From: Raillietiella orientalis
Taxonomy: Eukaryota
Direction: 5' to 3'
DNA: 64,000 nt
Assembly: GCA_036172245.1 (NCBI GenBank)
Contig: JAYWIR010000002.1
Span: 4,836,001 to 4,900,000 of the forward strand
Shown here: positions 26,870 to 39,300 of the stretch, in pieces
How the letters are laid out: each line of letters opens with the position of its first letter
Numbering within the stretch: the first letter of the stretch is position 1
The notes under the pieces: generated by a model
The model's database searches: none
Told to the model about the DNA's origin: nothing
What the model saw: only the letters and a program-made list of their open reading frames with translations
Position numbers and translations under genes: made by a program

Positions 26870-27250
26870 TGGAGCAACCGGGTGTCAATCTACTGCAGCG
26901 CGAATCTTCCTGAAGACCGCCTCGAGATGGTCCCACCTGGGCGAGACACCAACAGACCTTGCCAGCATCCTGGACAGGATGCAGAAGATGCCTGGCAGCG
27001 TGCTGTGATCCCTTCCTCGGCCTCTTTCCCCCCCCCCTACCCCGTGTAAAATTTCCCCTCCCCTGTTTTTGTGTGTTTATTTTTTGTTTTTGTTTTTATT
27101 TTCCCTTCCCCTACGCTGCCGGTGAGGACGTCGCCTGTCTGCGTACCGCTCTTCGACAGGTTCCAAGTGCTTGGTAGAACCAAGGGTTCCACCACATCAA
27201 TGGATTTTTATTTCCTTATGTAATAAATGTCCCGGCATAACTGGGTAACA
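26870..27250 (+). mobile_element. Second, tandem 3' end of the same L1/Tx1-like family
   Basis: Shares gagatggtcccacctgg...gccagcatcctggacaggatgcag, the T-rich tract, hairpin 27171-27195 and AATAAA 27222-27227 with the other copies. Confidence 0.7.
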
Positions 27251-30200
27251 GTCATCAACTCAGTCAATCCAGGCGTCTTCCCTATTCCCTGCGAGCCCGG
27301 AGAGCACGGACTGTGAAGACACGCCGGAGCGTCGGGACTACAGAACTGGACGGCGATACATCCCACCGGAAATCACTTCGCACGGAGGGAAGGGGTTGTT
27401 CGGGAAAGCGTCCTGAGATTTCGACCGCCTTCCCTCTGGGACCCAGCGCGGGCATTTCGGGAAGTCGGGTGCCGAGGAAGCAATTCGCTGTCGCTCCCCC
27501 TTTCATCCAAAGGACGGCACCTTCCACTGGGAAGCCTCTCCCGGGGAGGAGCAGCCCTGCTTTGATGCTTCCTCCCAGGAGCCTGGTTTCCTGCTCAGTT
27601 CCCTGTTCCTCCTGTTCTTCCACGCCGTTCCCTGAGGATCTCCCACCCGGAACTTGCCTGTGAATGCTCCAGGCTCGGTTTGTCCGAGTCCATTAGTCAA
27701 TTTTGGAACGCTGTCATTGCCGGGGAGAAAGTAGGTCTCCCGGGGGCAGATTGAATGAATAGTGGGCGTGTCTCCACCGTCAGCCATTTCTTGCAGCTGT
27801 TGCCAAAACCATCGTGAAGCGGCCGATCCGGAACGGAAAACGCCAGATCGAGAAGAAAGCGTGATGCTGCAGGATCTTGAGAGCGCGCTGAAACTCGTCC
27901 AAATAGACGTGTTTCACGGAGACGCCTCTGATCGGCAATCCGGCGTCACGGGAAGAGGTACAAGGAAGCTTCCTCCTTCCACTCTTCCTTGGAGCATCTT
28001 TAGTATGATCCCCTCGCTTCCCTAGTATCCGAAGGAAAAGTTCTTTCAGCAGCGCAATTTCGAGAGGGGGATGCCAGATAGGTGGAGGAAGAGATCTGCT
28101 GCTCTTCTTGATTCTCCCTGAGGTTCCCCCTTCCCTCTGTTGTAGCAGAGATCTCTTCGGCGACTGCAAAACCCATCGGGGGTGTCATCCCCAAGCAGAA
28201 ACATCTCCTCCTGTCTGTCCCCTTCCGAAATTCAGGTTCGATATCCGGCTTGTCCTTCCCTCAGGATCGTGTTCTGAGACCTCAGAGGGTGGCTCCGTCT
28301 TGGCGCCGGAGGAACCACCTGCCCTCCGCTGAACGATCCCTCGCCAATCCAGACGCTCCTCTGAGGCAGAAGCCTGCGGCAGTGGTGGCAATTTTCCTTC
28401 CGATCTTCGACTGAAAATGATTGGTTGAGTTGGCAGCTGTGGTCCGGGAAAGGAAACGAAAGGGGGGGGGGGAGGTAAAAAAAAAGAGGAATGCCTCCAT
28501 GCTGTCGGCAACCAAAATCGATTTTCTTTCACAGCGGCTCCTCCTCCCCTTTTTTTTCTTTTTTCTTCCCGCTGCTCCCGTTTTGCCGCTTGCACTCAGG
28601 AAGCCAAGTGTCGTCCAGAAGGCGCGAAACGATGCCGGGATATGAGCATGAGAGGCTACCCGCCTTCCCTAGCCTTCGCTTTTGTTTCCTCGACAGCCGC
28701 TTCCCGGGATGTTTCGCAGCCGGAATGGGCAATCTGAAAGGCGTGATTAGGGGCGTCGGCTGCAGAATGGCCTCAAGGAAAGACATGTTCGAGGAGGTTC
28801 GCCGGCGTACCGTCGAAAAGGAAGCCGTCGAAAGAAACCTTTTCGGGAGCTCGTAATCCGCCTCCTCCTCCTCCAACTCGAGGAGGGAGGGAGTTCTTCC
28901 GGCACTAGACCCTAGCAAGGTCCGGCACGCCTCTGTCCTCAGCGCCGTCCTCCCTGAGGGACGGAGACGGTGGCAATCCACCGTCGAGGTGGGAGTTCAC
29001 CTGCGCGATCCCAGGGAATCCGCAGCTGGTGTCAGGATGCAGCGACCCACCAGTGTTCTTAGAGTCGGGCCTCACTCTGGTGGGGAGGCTCCCCCGATTG
29101 TGCCCAGGCGGACTGACAGCTCTTTTCCCGACGCGTCCACGCGCGGGTGGCGCCGTCGCCGCGCTGGAGAGCTCTCAGAGCGCCACCTTCATGGTTACGT
29201 TACGACCGAGGGAGCCGCTCAAGGTGCGGAAGGATGGAGATCCTTTCCGCGCGCGCACTTACGGGCTGCGGCTTGCGGCCATTCTACTGCCAGCGCCCAA
29301 CGCCTCCCACCCGGAAGACGAGGAGAAGAAAGGGCATCCGGCAGAGCTTGTCCTCCTCCGAGGAAGGCGTTGATGAAGATTCCAGGCCACGTCCGTCATC
29401 CCGGGGGCGAGCCTCTAGTCGGAGCAGGTGCAGAGGTGCAGGGCTTCCGCTTGTGCCCGTACCGTGGAGCTGGTTGATGTCTCCCTCGGGGAGTCGCCCC
29501 TCCAGAGTGTCAGAACGCGCTGCGCCTTTCCAGGGTCCTCTTGCCATTGGAGTGCAGGTTTCAGGAACAGGGTTCGTGATCGGTTTGCCCGTTTCCATGG
29601 GGATGCTCTCAATCAGGAAGGAAACGCTCCCCGTGCAACCGAGAGGCGCACCTGTCGAGGGATCCGCCTGCTCCTGCTTTCCGGCTCCGCAGTGAGCTCA
29701 GCAGAAGGACACTCTCCCTGCCCTTCCTAAAGACGTCCATGGGGAATCTGGCTGGCGGCCGTCACACGTTCGCCACTCTTCTTCCCGGAAATGCGGCAAT
29801 GCCTCCTGTGTGTCCTGGGGACAATGACGTGAGAAGTTCCCGTTGCGTCGGCGGAAGCGGGAATCCGGGAACCTGAGACGGGCAGATCTCTCGGCCCCGC
29901 GGAGGGAGGAACGAAGTCGCGGAGCCTCCTCTGAAGATCCGCGGGGGCCCGCGATCTTACTCCAAGGAGCAAGAAAGAAGTCGGAGCAGCTCATTCGCAG
30001 AAGCCGTAGGAGACCGCGGCTTCTCCCACAGGAGTGGCAGAAATGGCAGGAAAGGTAGTAAGAAACAAGGTGGCCACGGTGCGGAAGGTGGGAATGAGGA
30101 TGCAAATATTGTTGCCGGAGAACTAAGGTCATTGTATTCGGGCCGCTGCACGGAGGTGCGAGATAGACATCGGGAGAGTGTCCTTTACCAGCTGAGCTGC

Positions 30201-32182
30201 GGCGTAACAAGGAAGCCTTCGCAAACATTTGGCGCCTGCGCAGGTCAAGGGGGGTCACGCGGGATCTCGTTCTTACTACTCTGTCGCTCGATCGCCCAGG
30301 GGCATGCGTATAGCCTGCCTTCCCTTTTTTTGTTTTTTTTTCGCTTCTCCCATCAAATAGTGGCTTCCGTTGAGAACCAGGAAAGGGAACACCCACGCAA
30401 ACTCTACGTCTGAGGAGCGTTGGAAGATGCATTGAGACGGAAACCATCTCTCTGTAGAGGACTATGTGGCTCTTCTTCATTCGAGGTGGCGGGGAAGCCC
30501 CTCTGGGGCTCTGCTCAGGGAGCAGCACCTTTTCTTCGGCTTTCAGCAGCCCTCCGGCGCGGACAGCACCGTCCTCGATCCTGCTGCTGCCGAGGGACAG
30601 CATGATCTCGAGACCACCTTCTCCCCTCCCTCCCCTCCTTCATTTGCGCTACGGGGAACATCAGCATCCTGACGAGGGATCGGAACCACTCGCCGGGACC
30701 AGCATCATGCTGGCGACGACTCAGAGATCCGCGCTCTTGTTGGAGTTCCACGGTTCCACGGAGAAGTCTTCGCAACGATCGTCGCCTCCGCCGATGACTC
30801 CATCGCTGCGAGAAGGGAAGAAAGGAAGGAAGAGGTCAACAATACCCGTGCTTTGGAGGGGATGATGTTTCTCGCCGCGCCTCAGCAGCGAACGGTTCAA
30901 GGAGCAGCGAACGTTTTGTATGAAAGACGGGGGTGTCCAAAGTCTGCCATGCAGGCGCTGATCCACTCTGCTCTCCTCTCCTGCACCAGCATCCAGGTAG
31001 GGCATCCCTTCCTTTCCCCTGAACTTCATGGAACCGTCTCGGATCTTCCTTCCTGCTTTCCGAGGCGGAAGGCGGACTTTCTTCGATCCAACCGATGCGG
31101 CTCTCTACCTTCCTTGTTCAGCAAGAGGTTCATCTGCCGGAGCGCATGCCGGGTCAAACGGCACGCAAATGCCCTCTTCCCTTTCTCTTGTCGCAAGCTG
31201 TGATTCCACCAGTGGCTATTTGTGCTCCGACGTGGGGAAATAAGGGGGTGAAGTCAAGGTCAGCTTCGCAGGTGCTAAGGCAGAGGGAGATCCCAAGCTC
31301 TGTGCGTTTTGGTTCCCAGCCAGCGGCTTACTGACAGTACGAGAGGCGCCACCCCAAGGGCATGAATCTTCGACAAAGCAGGAGCACGTTGCTGTTGTCG
31401 AGAGAGATGTAACTCGCGAGAGCGCCGCCAGCGATCCGGAATTTCTTGCCAAGCTTTCTCCCCTGGGTCGCCAATTAGTCACGCTCCCTCTTTTCACTGA
31501 GGCGCTTCCGGGAAGGTCGAGCGCCTCGGACCGAGGTCTCCTGTTCTCTCTGCGAGCAGAGAACCATGCCAAGTGGCTCGAGTTGCGAGCAAAATCGTCG
31601 AGCTGAGTTGCTCCACTGCGCGGGCGAGCGCAGTCGAGAGCGCTGCGGTTTTCGGGCTGCAGGCTACGCGGATGGATTTTTCGCGAAGGCAGTAGCTTCG
31701 ACTCTCCAGTCCACAGGTCACGAGAGGGTCATCTCCGAGAGGTGCATCAGCGGCAGTGCGTGACGATTGGATTGACCCTGAGGATGCGCTCGGAAGAGAG
31801 CGAACGGGAAAGGCGAGGAGAGGAAGGGAGGTCTCTGAAATACGCGGTCAGCTCCATAGCCGAGGTCACGTGCCCTCAGTGCCTCGAGGGCTGGAGGGGG
31901 TTTTCCAGCTGATTTTCTGAGGTCACTTCGGTGTCGTCTCGGACCTCAAAGACGTCGTCGCGCCCAGAGACGACTCCTTTCCAGATGAGTGAGGGAAGAG
32001 ATGCATCGGGACCGGGACCCTTCTTCCGCTCTGGACGAATCTCTCCCAGAGCCATCGTGGATGAAGCCCTCATGGGATCGCCGCCGCCGCCGAGCCGACT
32101 GGTTGTCCTCAGGACCCTGGACTGGCTACCCCGATGCCGGTGCACCGGCAGCATGGCAACCCGGATTCTGAATCTCGTGTAT

Positions 32183-32188
32183 TTTATT
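32183..32188 (-). terminator. Candidate polyadenylation signal of AstA
   Basis: AATAAA on the minus strand ~50 nt past the stop codon, in a short AT-rich patch inside GC-rich sequence. Confidence 0.6.
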
Positions 32189-32240
32189 GTTCGCTTGCCG
32201 AAGCGTTTTCATGGAAGGACCCTGAGGCTGCCGGTCACTT

Positions 32241-33317
32241 CTACTGCGTCGGCGCCGGCGACTTTTCGGGATGGCGAGCATGGTCACGAGCTTCCAGGAG
32301 CTCCAGGGGTACGGAGACCCCGGAGGCCGAAGAGCTGCTTCTCTTGCTGCCTCCGCCGCTCGCCAACGTCCCGGGCACCTCGGGCATCCCGAGACGGGGT
32401 ACGGACGTGACTTTTCCCTCCCAGATTTCCTCCGCCGCCGCAACGTCCTCCTGGGGACCTCTCCGGCACGCAGGAGTGCCGCGTACCCCATTTCTCTTGA
32501 CGACGGAGTATCTGGGAGCTTCCCGCTTTCCCAGACCGAAGTGGAACATGCTCTTCTGCCTGGACTCCCTCCGGAGGTTTCCCTCCGGATCTTCTGTCCT
32601 CTTCCCAATCCCGAAGTAGTACAGCTCGTTCTCTCTGGATCCCCTCAGGCGCTTCCCGAGCCCGAAATGGTAGATCTGGGGCGTCCTCTTCACCCCACTC
32701 TGGAGGAGGATGGGAATCGGGTAGCCACGCTCATCCAGCCCGATGCTCCAGCGAGCGTCATCCTGGGAATCCCAGTTTCCTTCTCCGTCCCTCGAAGGGA
32801 TCGTGCCGGGAGCGGCGAAGTAGACTTCTTCTCCTCTCCCTCCTTCTGGATGGACGCTCGGGCGGAGGAAGCTTTCCTCCACCGATCCTGACCAGGACCC
32901 CGGTCTCTTCCCCAGCCCGAAATAGTACAGGCTTTCGCTTCTAGGTATCCGGGAATGCTCTCCCGGGCCCGGCGGGGGCCGCCACGAGTCCTCGGCGCCG
33001 CTGTCGGCCGCGTCCTCCTCGCCGCGCTTCCCGAGACCGAAGGTGTACAGGTCGTCCGGCGGGACGATGTTCCTCCTCTTGCCGACGCCCCCGAACTGGT
33101 AGTAGCGCTTCAGCTGCTCCTTGTCCCCCTCGCTGAGGATGTGGTACAGGACGTTGGACAGTTTCCGGGTCATCACCACGGGCGCCGCCGCCGCTTCGCC
33201 GCTGGCCCTGGACATGTCGTGCTCCGCCGAGGCGGCCAGTAGCAGGAAGCACCACCAGCAGCCTCCAAGGAGCAGCGTCCACGCGGTGGTCGTCGCCGTC
33301 ACCGCCGACGGTTCCAT
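32241..33317 (-). CDS. AstA: Allatostatin-A (FGLamide) neuropeptide prepropeptide, 358 aa, single coding exon
   Basis: In ORF 32241..33491, Met59 (ATG at 33317) starts a signal-peptide-like segment (MEPSAVTATTTAWTLLLGGCWWCFLLLAASA). Repeated amidated peptides with G-KR processing sites follow: NIVPPDDLYTFGL-GKR, SESLYYFGL-GKR, TPQIYHFGL-GKR, ENELYYFGI-GKR, QKSMFHFGL-GKR, plus atypical YYQFGGV-GKRR. Y/FxFGL/I-amide is the defining AST-A motif. Stop TAG at 32243-32241. Confidence 0.93.
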   Translation of the reverse strand: MEPSAVTATTTAWTLLLGGCWWCFLLLAASAEHDMSRASGEAAAAPVVMTRKLSNVLYHILSEGDKEQLKRYYQFGGVGKRRNIVPPDDLYTFGLGKRGEEDAADSGAEDSWRPPPGPGEHSRIPRSESLYYFGLGKRPGSWSGSVEESFLRPSVHPEGGRGEEVYFAAPGTIPSRDGEGNWDSQDDARWSIGLDERGYPIPILLQSGVKRTPQIYHFGLGKRLRGSRENELYYFGIGKRTEDPEGNLRRESRQKSMFHFGLGKREAPRYSVVKRNGVRGTPACRRGPQEDVAAAEEIWEGKVTSVPRLGMPEVPGTLASGGGSKRSSSSASGVSVPLELLEARDHARHPEKSPAPTQ

Positions 33318-33319
33318 CG

Positions 33320-33354
33320 CTGTGAGAGAGGGAGAAAGAAAAGGAGAGGTCAGC
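33320..33354 (-). promoter_or_regulatory. 3' splice acceptor of the AstA coding exon (branch point, polypyrimidine tract, CAG)
   Basis: Minus strand reads gctgAcctctccttttctttctccctctctcacAG|cgATG. The branch-like A is at 33350 and the AG at 33321-33320, 2 nt before the start codon, implying an upstream non-coding exon. Confidence 0.8.
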
Positions 33355-36300
33355 GGAGCCCGTTCTTTGGAGAGGACGATGTCCCTCAACGCACTCCCGC
33401 AACGAACGGCTCTTCCCCCTTCTTCTGCCTCCCCCTCCTTCCCTCCTCGTCGACACCGCAGCCGGGTTTGAAGGGGGCGCGGACCGGACATCCGGCTCGA
33501 GTCTAGGGAAAGGAGAGCGTCGCATCACGACGTCGCAGGACGACAAGAAACGCAGAAGGAGGGGGAGTAGAAGAAAAGGAGGAGGAATGGTGAAAGAGGA
33601 TTCCGCCGCCGCTGTTACTGCTGATGAGGACGAGGAGAAAGAGGAGGAAGAGGAGGAGATGACCGTAAACGTGGGGAAAAGGGTTGAAGGGGAGGATGAG
33701 GAAAAGTAAAGGATTCTGCCTCCACTGCCGATTGTGATAAGGAAGAGGAGGAGGGGAGGAGATTTCCAGGAGCCCGCGGAACCGTTTCACGGAGGTGAGG
33801 CGACTCTTGGAGTCCAATGGCGTAGGCAGATCTTTCTGAGAACCGGAATGTAATAGTTGGAGGGGACTTGGGAAGAAAGTCCTCCTTCGTGGAGGCGCAG
33901 GAGAAGATCCTCCCTGGAGGCTCTGCCCTCTCTCGAGATGATGGGGAGGGTGCATTACCGATCACCTGCTGCTTCCTGGTGCGCAGCCTTGCGTGGGGCA
34001 GCACTTAATCTGCCCGAGGGGGAACCCTCGTTCGAGCGAGCCGGAGGCATCGCGGCTGGTCAACATGACCGCCGCGTCTGGAGCTGACTATCCCGCTCGG
34101 CAAACACCTTTAGAAGACTCTCTATACAACCTCCTTCTCCAGAGAACCCTTCCTTCCCCCATACTTCCGCGTTAGGGAAGGGGGGGAACTGCGCGACTTT
34201 AGGCGGGCGCTTGCTCCTTGCGCAGCATCCGAGAATTCGCGAGAGGGATCGGCAGATGGAACCGGGCGCGCCAACTGCAGCGGAACCTGACGAAAGGCCC
34301 TGCCTTTCTTTGGCACCGGAACAGCATCTTCCCCAGGATAACAACGGTATCGACTGGTCCAGGTATCCAAGGAAGCTGTGATCGATTTCTCCCATGAAGG
34401 CATTTGCAGCCTCAGGGCTGCAGCAGCACTACAGCATCCAGGGACCCCGCATCCGTCGAGACCTTCCTCTAAGGTGCGAGGGTCCCCGTGAAGACCGACG
34501 CGCGTTGCCATGGGAGCGGTCGCTCCTTCCCCAGAGCTATCGAGGCCTGCGCTGCTCCAAGAGAACACCTCACCCGATTACCGTTCGGCGAGGGAGTCCC
34601 GTATCCTTCTCTTCCGAGGCAGCGCTGAAAGAAGCCGCGCTTCCGGCTCGCCCACGCGCACGCGTGTGGGGACGGTCAGCAGGGGCGGTGCGAGGCAGAG
34701 CGGCTGCGCAACCTGCCCGAACTCTTTCCTCAGAAATGCGAAGAAGGAACGCCCTTTCGACGGTGGGGCCCCGAGACCAACAGAAGCAGCAGCCGGCGCG
34801 TCTCCGAAGGAGGACCGCCAGCGCATGGACGGGCGGTTTCATCCTTTTGCAACGAAAGAGCTCTGGGAGGAAAGTGAGGGGAGGGAGGGGGAGGGGAGAG
34901 CACGGAACCTAGAGATGCCGGCGGCGGTTCTGCAGCTGCTCCGGTCCGGCGTCAACTCGGGGGTTAGCCGGTTGCTGCTGGCAGTGCGTTGGATTTGGGT
35001 CTCGTGCCCCCGCGGAAAGCTCCGATTGTCTTCTTCTCCTCCTCCATCGTGAGGAGGGGGAGTGTCCACTCCCAGGGGACTCGGCTATGGAGGAGTCTCG
35101 GGAACAGCGGACCGTCACCATCCTCGCCGCTCTTGTTGGCGGCGAGCGCACCGCTCATGCGTGGGGAAACCTCGGCCAGTCGCTTCGGACTTACGTTGCA
35201 GCGAGCTGGAGGGGGAAACCGACTCGTTCCCGGAGGGTTGCCGGTGGATCGAGCAGGACCGATGCGCGCCCTTCCTTTCCCCTTCAGTCAGCTTCCAGAC
35301 CGACAGCAGCAGCGCTCTTCCACCTCCTCCTCTTCCTTCTTCCTGCTGGCTCGGCCGACCTCACCGCGCGCGAAGAGCTGGAGGCGAGAGAAGCTGGTGA
35401 AATCTCTGGAGTGTCCTCTCACTCGACACACGATGGTTAATGAAGGGAAGAGGAGGGAGGAAAGAATACCCGTCTCCGCTCCCGCCCCGAGGCTGCTCTG
35501 GACTGCCCCGTCCGGGAGAAGCTGCACTCCCACGGATTCGCTTGACCTCCCTGCGGGGGTCCAGAACAAGGCGAAGCAGGATGACCGGGCAAGTCTTCCG
35601 TGGACGGGGCTGTTCCGGGACTCCCTCGAGACGGTGGGTCCCGTTCCTTGGTCTTACCTCTCTGGATGCACGCGAGAGAGCCACGGAGGCGTCGAGTGTC
35701 CTCGAAGGTCGCCGGCCCTGCGTCCCGTGGGAGGGGGCGGGAAATCAGCCGCCGTCGAACCCAAGCGAATGTCCATAGCGCGGAAACCCTAGCACCCACC
35801 CGCGGGAGTGGGCGCTGTAATGCGACGGAAACGGGAGGAAGAAAAAAATGAATCGGAGGGATTTTCCGAGGGAACGGGAAATCCGCGGTTCGCGGCGACA
35901 GGTCCAGAGAGGCCGGAATGTGGCAATCCAGGAACGACGACGCCACGTCCTTCATCTTTCACGAGATTTTTGCTAGAACGATCGGGGAGGAAGGAATGCC
36001 AGAGGGGTTCAAAATGAATCCCCCGCTTCCTCTCCGCTCACCTCACGAGCCGCCCGTGGGGTCGGCTGCAAGCGAACGCGCGCGCGCACAGCGTGCTCCC
36101 AACAGAGCGCAGAGGTGGCTTGCAAGCCGCCCCGCGCTATTCTCGGGACCCTCCTGGGCTCTCGGCTCTTCTGTCTGGAGCCTTCCGACCCGAGCGCGTA
36201 TGGAGCCGCGCCTCCAGCCTTTCGGATATAAGCTGGACATGCCCTCATCCCGGCCGTGGGTTATTTCGGAGCGGAGTCCTTCCGGAGATCTCGCCACGTC

Positions 36301-39300
36301 CACTAGTCTCGCTCCGAGTGGGAGTCGAAGGGGTAGCGGCGGGATGCCTCCCTACAGGGGGACCCAGAGGAAGGACTTTCCGGGTAGCTGCCGGGCGAGG
36401 CCCTCGAACCGCGTTCCTGCTCGCGAGGCGATGGCAAGGGTCGCGCGACCGGCGATGGCGCTGTTTGTCGGAGGTCGCCCCTCCGTTCTTTGGCTCCCCG
36501 GCTGCTCTCCCTCATTCCCGTCGCGTGCGACGCGTCCGCGGCAAGAGAAGGAGAGGGCTGCCGCTGGTGCGAACCGCGTGCCGTGCGACAGAGGAAACGG
36601 ACCGTTTCCCGGGTAACCCGGAGGGAGGGAGGCACGAAAGGGGGAGAAGCAAACCCGGGTCATCGACACCCGAGTTGGTCGGTTCGGTTCCGAAGGAGGG
36701 AATCGCGCGCACTAGGGAGCTGCCAGGAGCGCGCGGGAAAACTCCGGGAGAGAGCTGTGTGAGACGGGGGTGGGGGGTGGAGAAGGGGTGAAGGAGATTG
36801 AAGGAAGACTCGAAAGAGGGGGAGGAAGGGGAAGTTCCAATTCAGATGCCTTCCCGCCAAATCCCTCACTCGCTGCACCCCAGCGCACCACGGGACTTGG
36901 CGACGCGGGAACGCCTCTTCCCTTCCCGAAAGCTCGAGACGCGAGAGGGAGAAAAAAGGCGGGAACGCGGCGGAGGCATGGGCAGGAGGTGGGGGAGATA
37001 AGGAAGAAGAGGAAGCTGCAGAGGCTGAAGCCAACGGGAGGTTTGGGAAGGTCGCTGGCGCACCCTGCCGCGAGCGGACGAGGTCGCATCCCCTAAGGGT
37101 TGTGGGATTTTCCGTCCGGGAAAGCTTCCTGGGAGAGGGGAGGAGGAAGGAAACGGGCTACTAGGGAGGGCCTTCGTCCGCCGAGAGGGAGTCTGGGAAG
37201 GATAGGAACGGGAGGGAGCACCGTGCTGAACCGGGAGCACCCGTCACCTCAGGCGAGGGGAGCGGCTTTCAAAAAGAATCGCTTCCAGGGATGGGTCCAG
37301 AAAGAGGGGGAGGAGAGAGGAGTGGGCCGCTCCGTGGCTCTCTCCCGGCTTTTCCTGCGGGCATTTCCTTGGAGAAGGATGCCTGGATGCCCGCTCGCGG
37401 AGAACTGCTACCTTCCGGCTCCCGCTGTGGCCTTTGGGCCCCCTTCTCCCTCCGGGAATTCTCTCCCTCCTTCACGTTCCCCTTCCCTCCGGTTCTCCCC
37501 GTCCATTCCTGCAGACAAACGGGTAAGGGTGGAAGCAGCCAAGGAGGCTTCCCGTCCTCCCGGCAACCTCTCCTCCCTTTTTCCAATTGACCTCCTAGTC
37601 TGGATGATCATCACCTCTGTCTCTTTGGGGACCGGGGGAGCCGCTCTGGAGCGCGGCGACCTTTCGGGTGGGAGAGGCGGTCCGAGCATCCCACTCCGGA
37701 CAGTGCTCCTCCCGGCACGTCCCTGGAACAGGCGATCCCTTCCTGCGGGGCAGCACATGGGGAGCCATCATGGAGGCGATTCCTTCCCCTCTCGTTCCTG
37801 CCTGAGGGGGCGATTCCCCCCTGGACCACCTTTAACGAGCTGCCGGTCCCCAGCATTTTGCCGTCCGAGGGGCGAGATGCCGCAGGGACATCTCCCTGAC
37901 TCCTTCTCCGGAACCCCTTCCCTTATCTCTTTGTTTCTTGGACTCCCGGAAAATTCGGGATGCACAGATCGGGTGAGGAGGGAGATGCGACGAGGGCGGA
38001 CGTTCCGCAGCGACGCGCGGCGGCGGCACGCAAACTGCGGCACCTGAAATCCAAGGGGCAGGGCAGGGGGTGCTGAGGCCACTCCATGAACTCCCACCCG
38101 ATTCGGGGGCGAGCGAGGTAAGAAGGGTCAGGAGGAAGTCCGGATCACGCTGTAGATGAATTCTCGCGGGGAAGGATCGGCGTCGCGGGAGCGCCACCTC
38201 GAGGACCGTGAACTTCTTGCCCTGGCCCCCATATCCTCTCTATCTGCTCTCCCCTTGGGTCGGTCTTCGGCAGGTTCCAGGTATTTCCGTCCTCGTCTCC
38301 GGCAACTTCCCATCCTCCCGCGCGGTCGGAGACGACGCGCCGCTGTCCCGGCAACGGCGTCGATGCGGCGGCTATCTCGAAGTCAGCGGGGCGCCTGCCG
38401 GAAGCCTTCGGTACAGCAATTCGCATGGGCAGAAGCATTCGGGAGCAGCAGGAGGGACGGACCGCTCTCCCTCGACTCTCCTGGACACCCTCTCGGGCAA
38501 GACTTGGACGTCTGCCTTTCTTCCTGGGACGGGGCATCCGAAGCCTCTGGCAGCCCCTCTGGTTGAGGAAGAGGGAGAACGAGCTGGGGGAACTCCCGAA
38601 AGCTTCCAAAGGGGGACGGGTCGTTTCCTCGGAAGGTGAGAGAAGAGACTGTGTGCCCTTGCCTCCGGGGAAGGCGGGATACGCGCAACCACCCCTTGGT
38701 TCTTCCCTCCCCGCGCGGCTCTGGGCGGCCACTGCACCCCCAACCCCATACGTGATGGAATAGGGGGGATCGTCTCCCTTCCCCACGTTCGCGGGGAAGG
38801 AATGAGGACCAGGGAGGCTGGGTCTTTCCCCTCCACTTCCACCCTCCTCTGGGTTCCCATATGAGGGCATTTCAGCAGGACGAGGACGTTTTCCTGGGAG
38901 ACGAAACTTTCTCTTCCCCTCCCTCCCATCCCCCCAGCGGGTTTCCTCACGAGAAAGAACAGTCATCCGCGCGAGCGCGCACACACTAGAACCGCATCCC
39001 TCTGATCCGGGAGCGGAAATGGACGGGGGGCAGCGGAGGGCGGACGCAGGAAGACCCCCTCTCCAGGAGCAGCATCCTGGCAGCATCCCAACTCACCTCG
39101 GGACGGCGTCCGACAGGTTCTCGGACCTCCCTGGCGTCGCGTTCTTCCTGGCAGTTTTTTTTTTTTCTCCCCCGGAAAAAACCCCACGGGGCCGGAAGCG
39201 CGCCTTCGGGACGCCGGCGCGCGAGTGCGTGAGGGGGAGAGGATGGACGTGCCCGGACAGGCATCCCAATGATCCGGGAGCAATCAACTCTGGAGGGAAC

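Noticed and set aside
33318..33491. 58-aa N-terminal extension of the AstA ORF in the ORF track
   Set aside because: It spans a branch point, pyrimidine tract and acceptor AG, and the signal peptide starts at the ATG at 33317. It is most likely intron.
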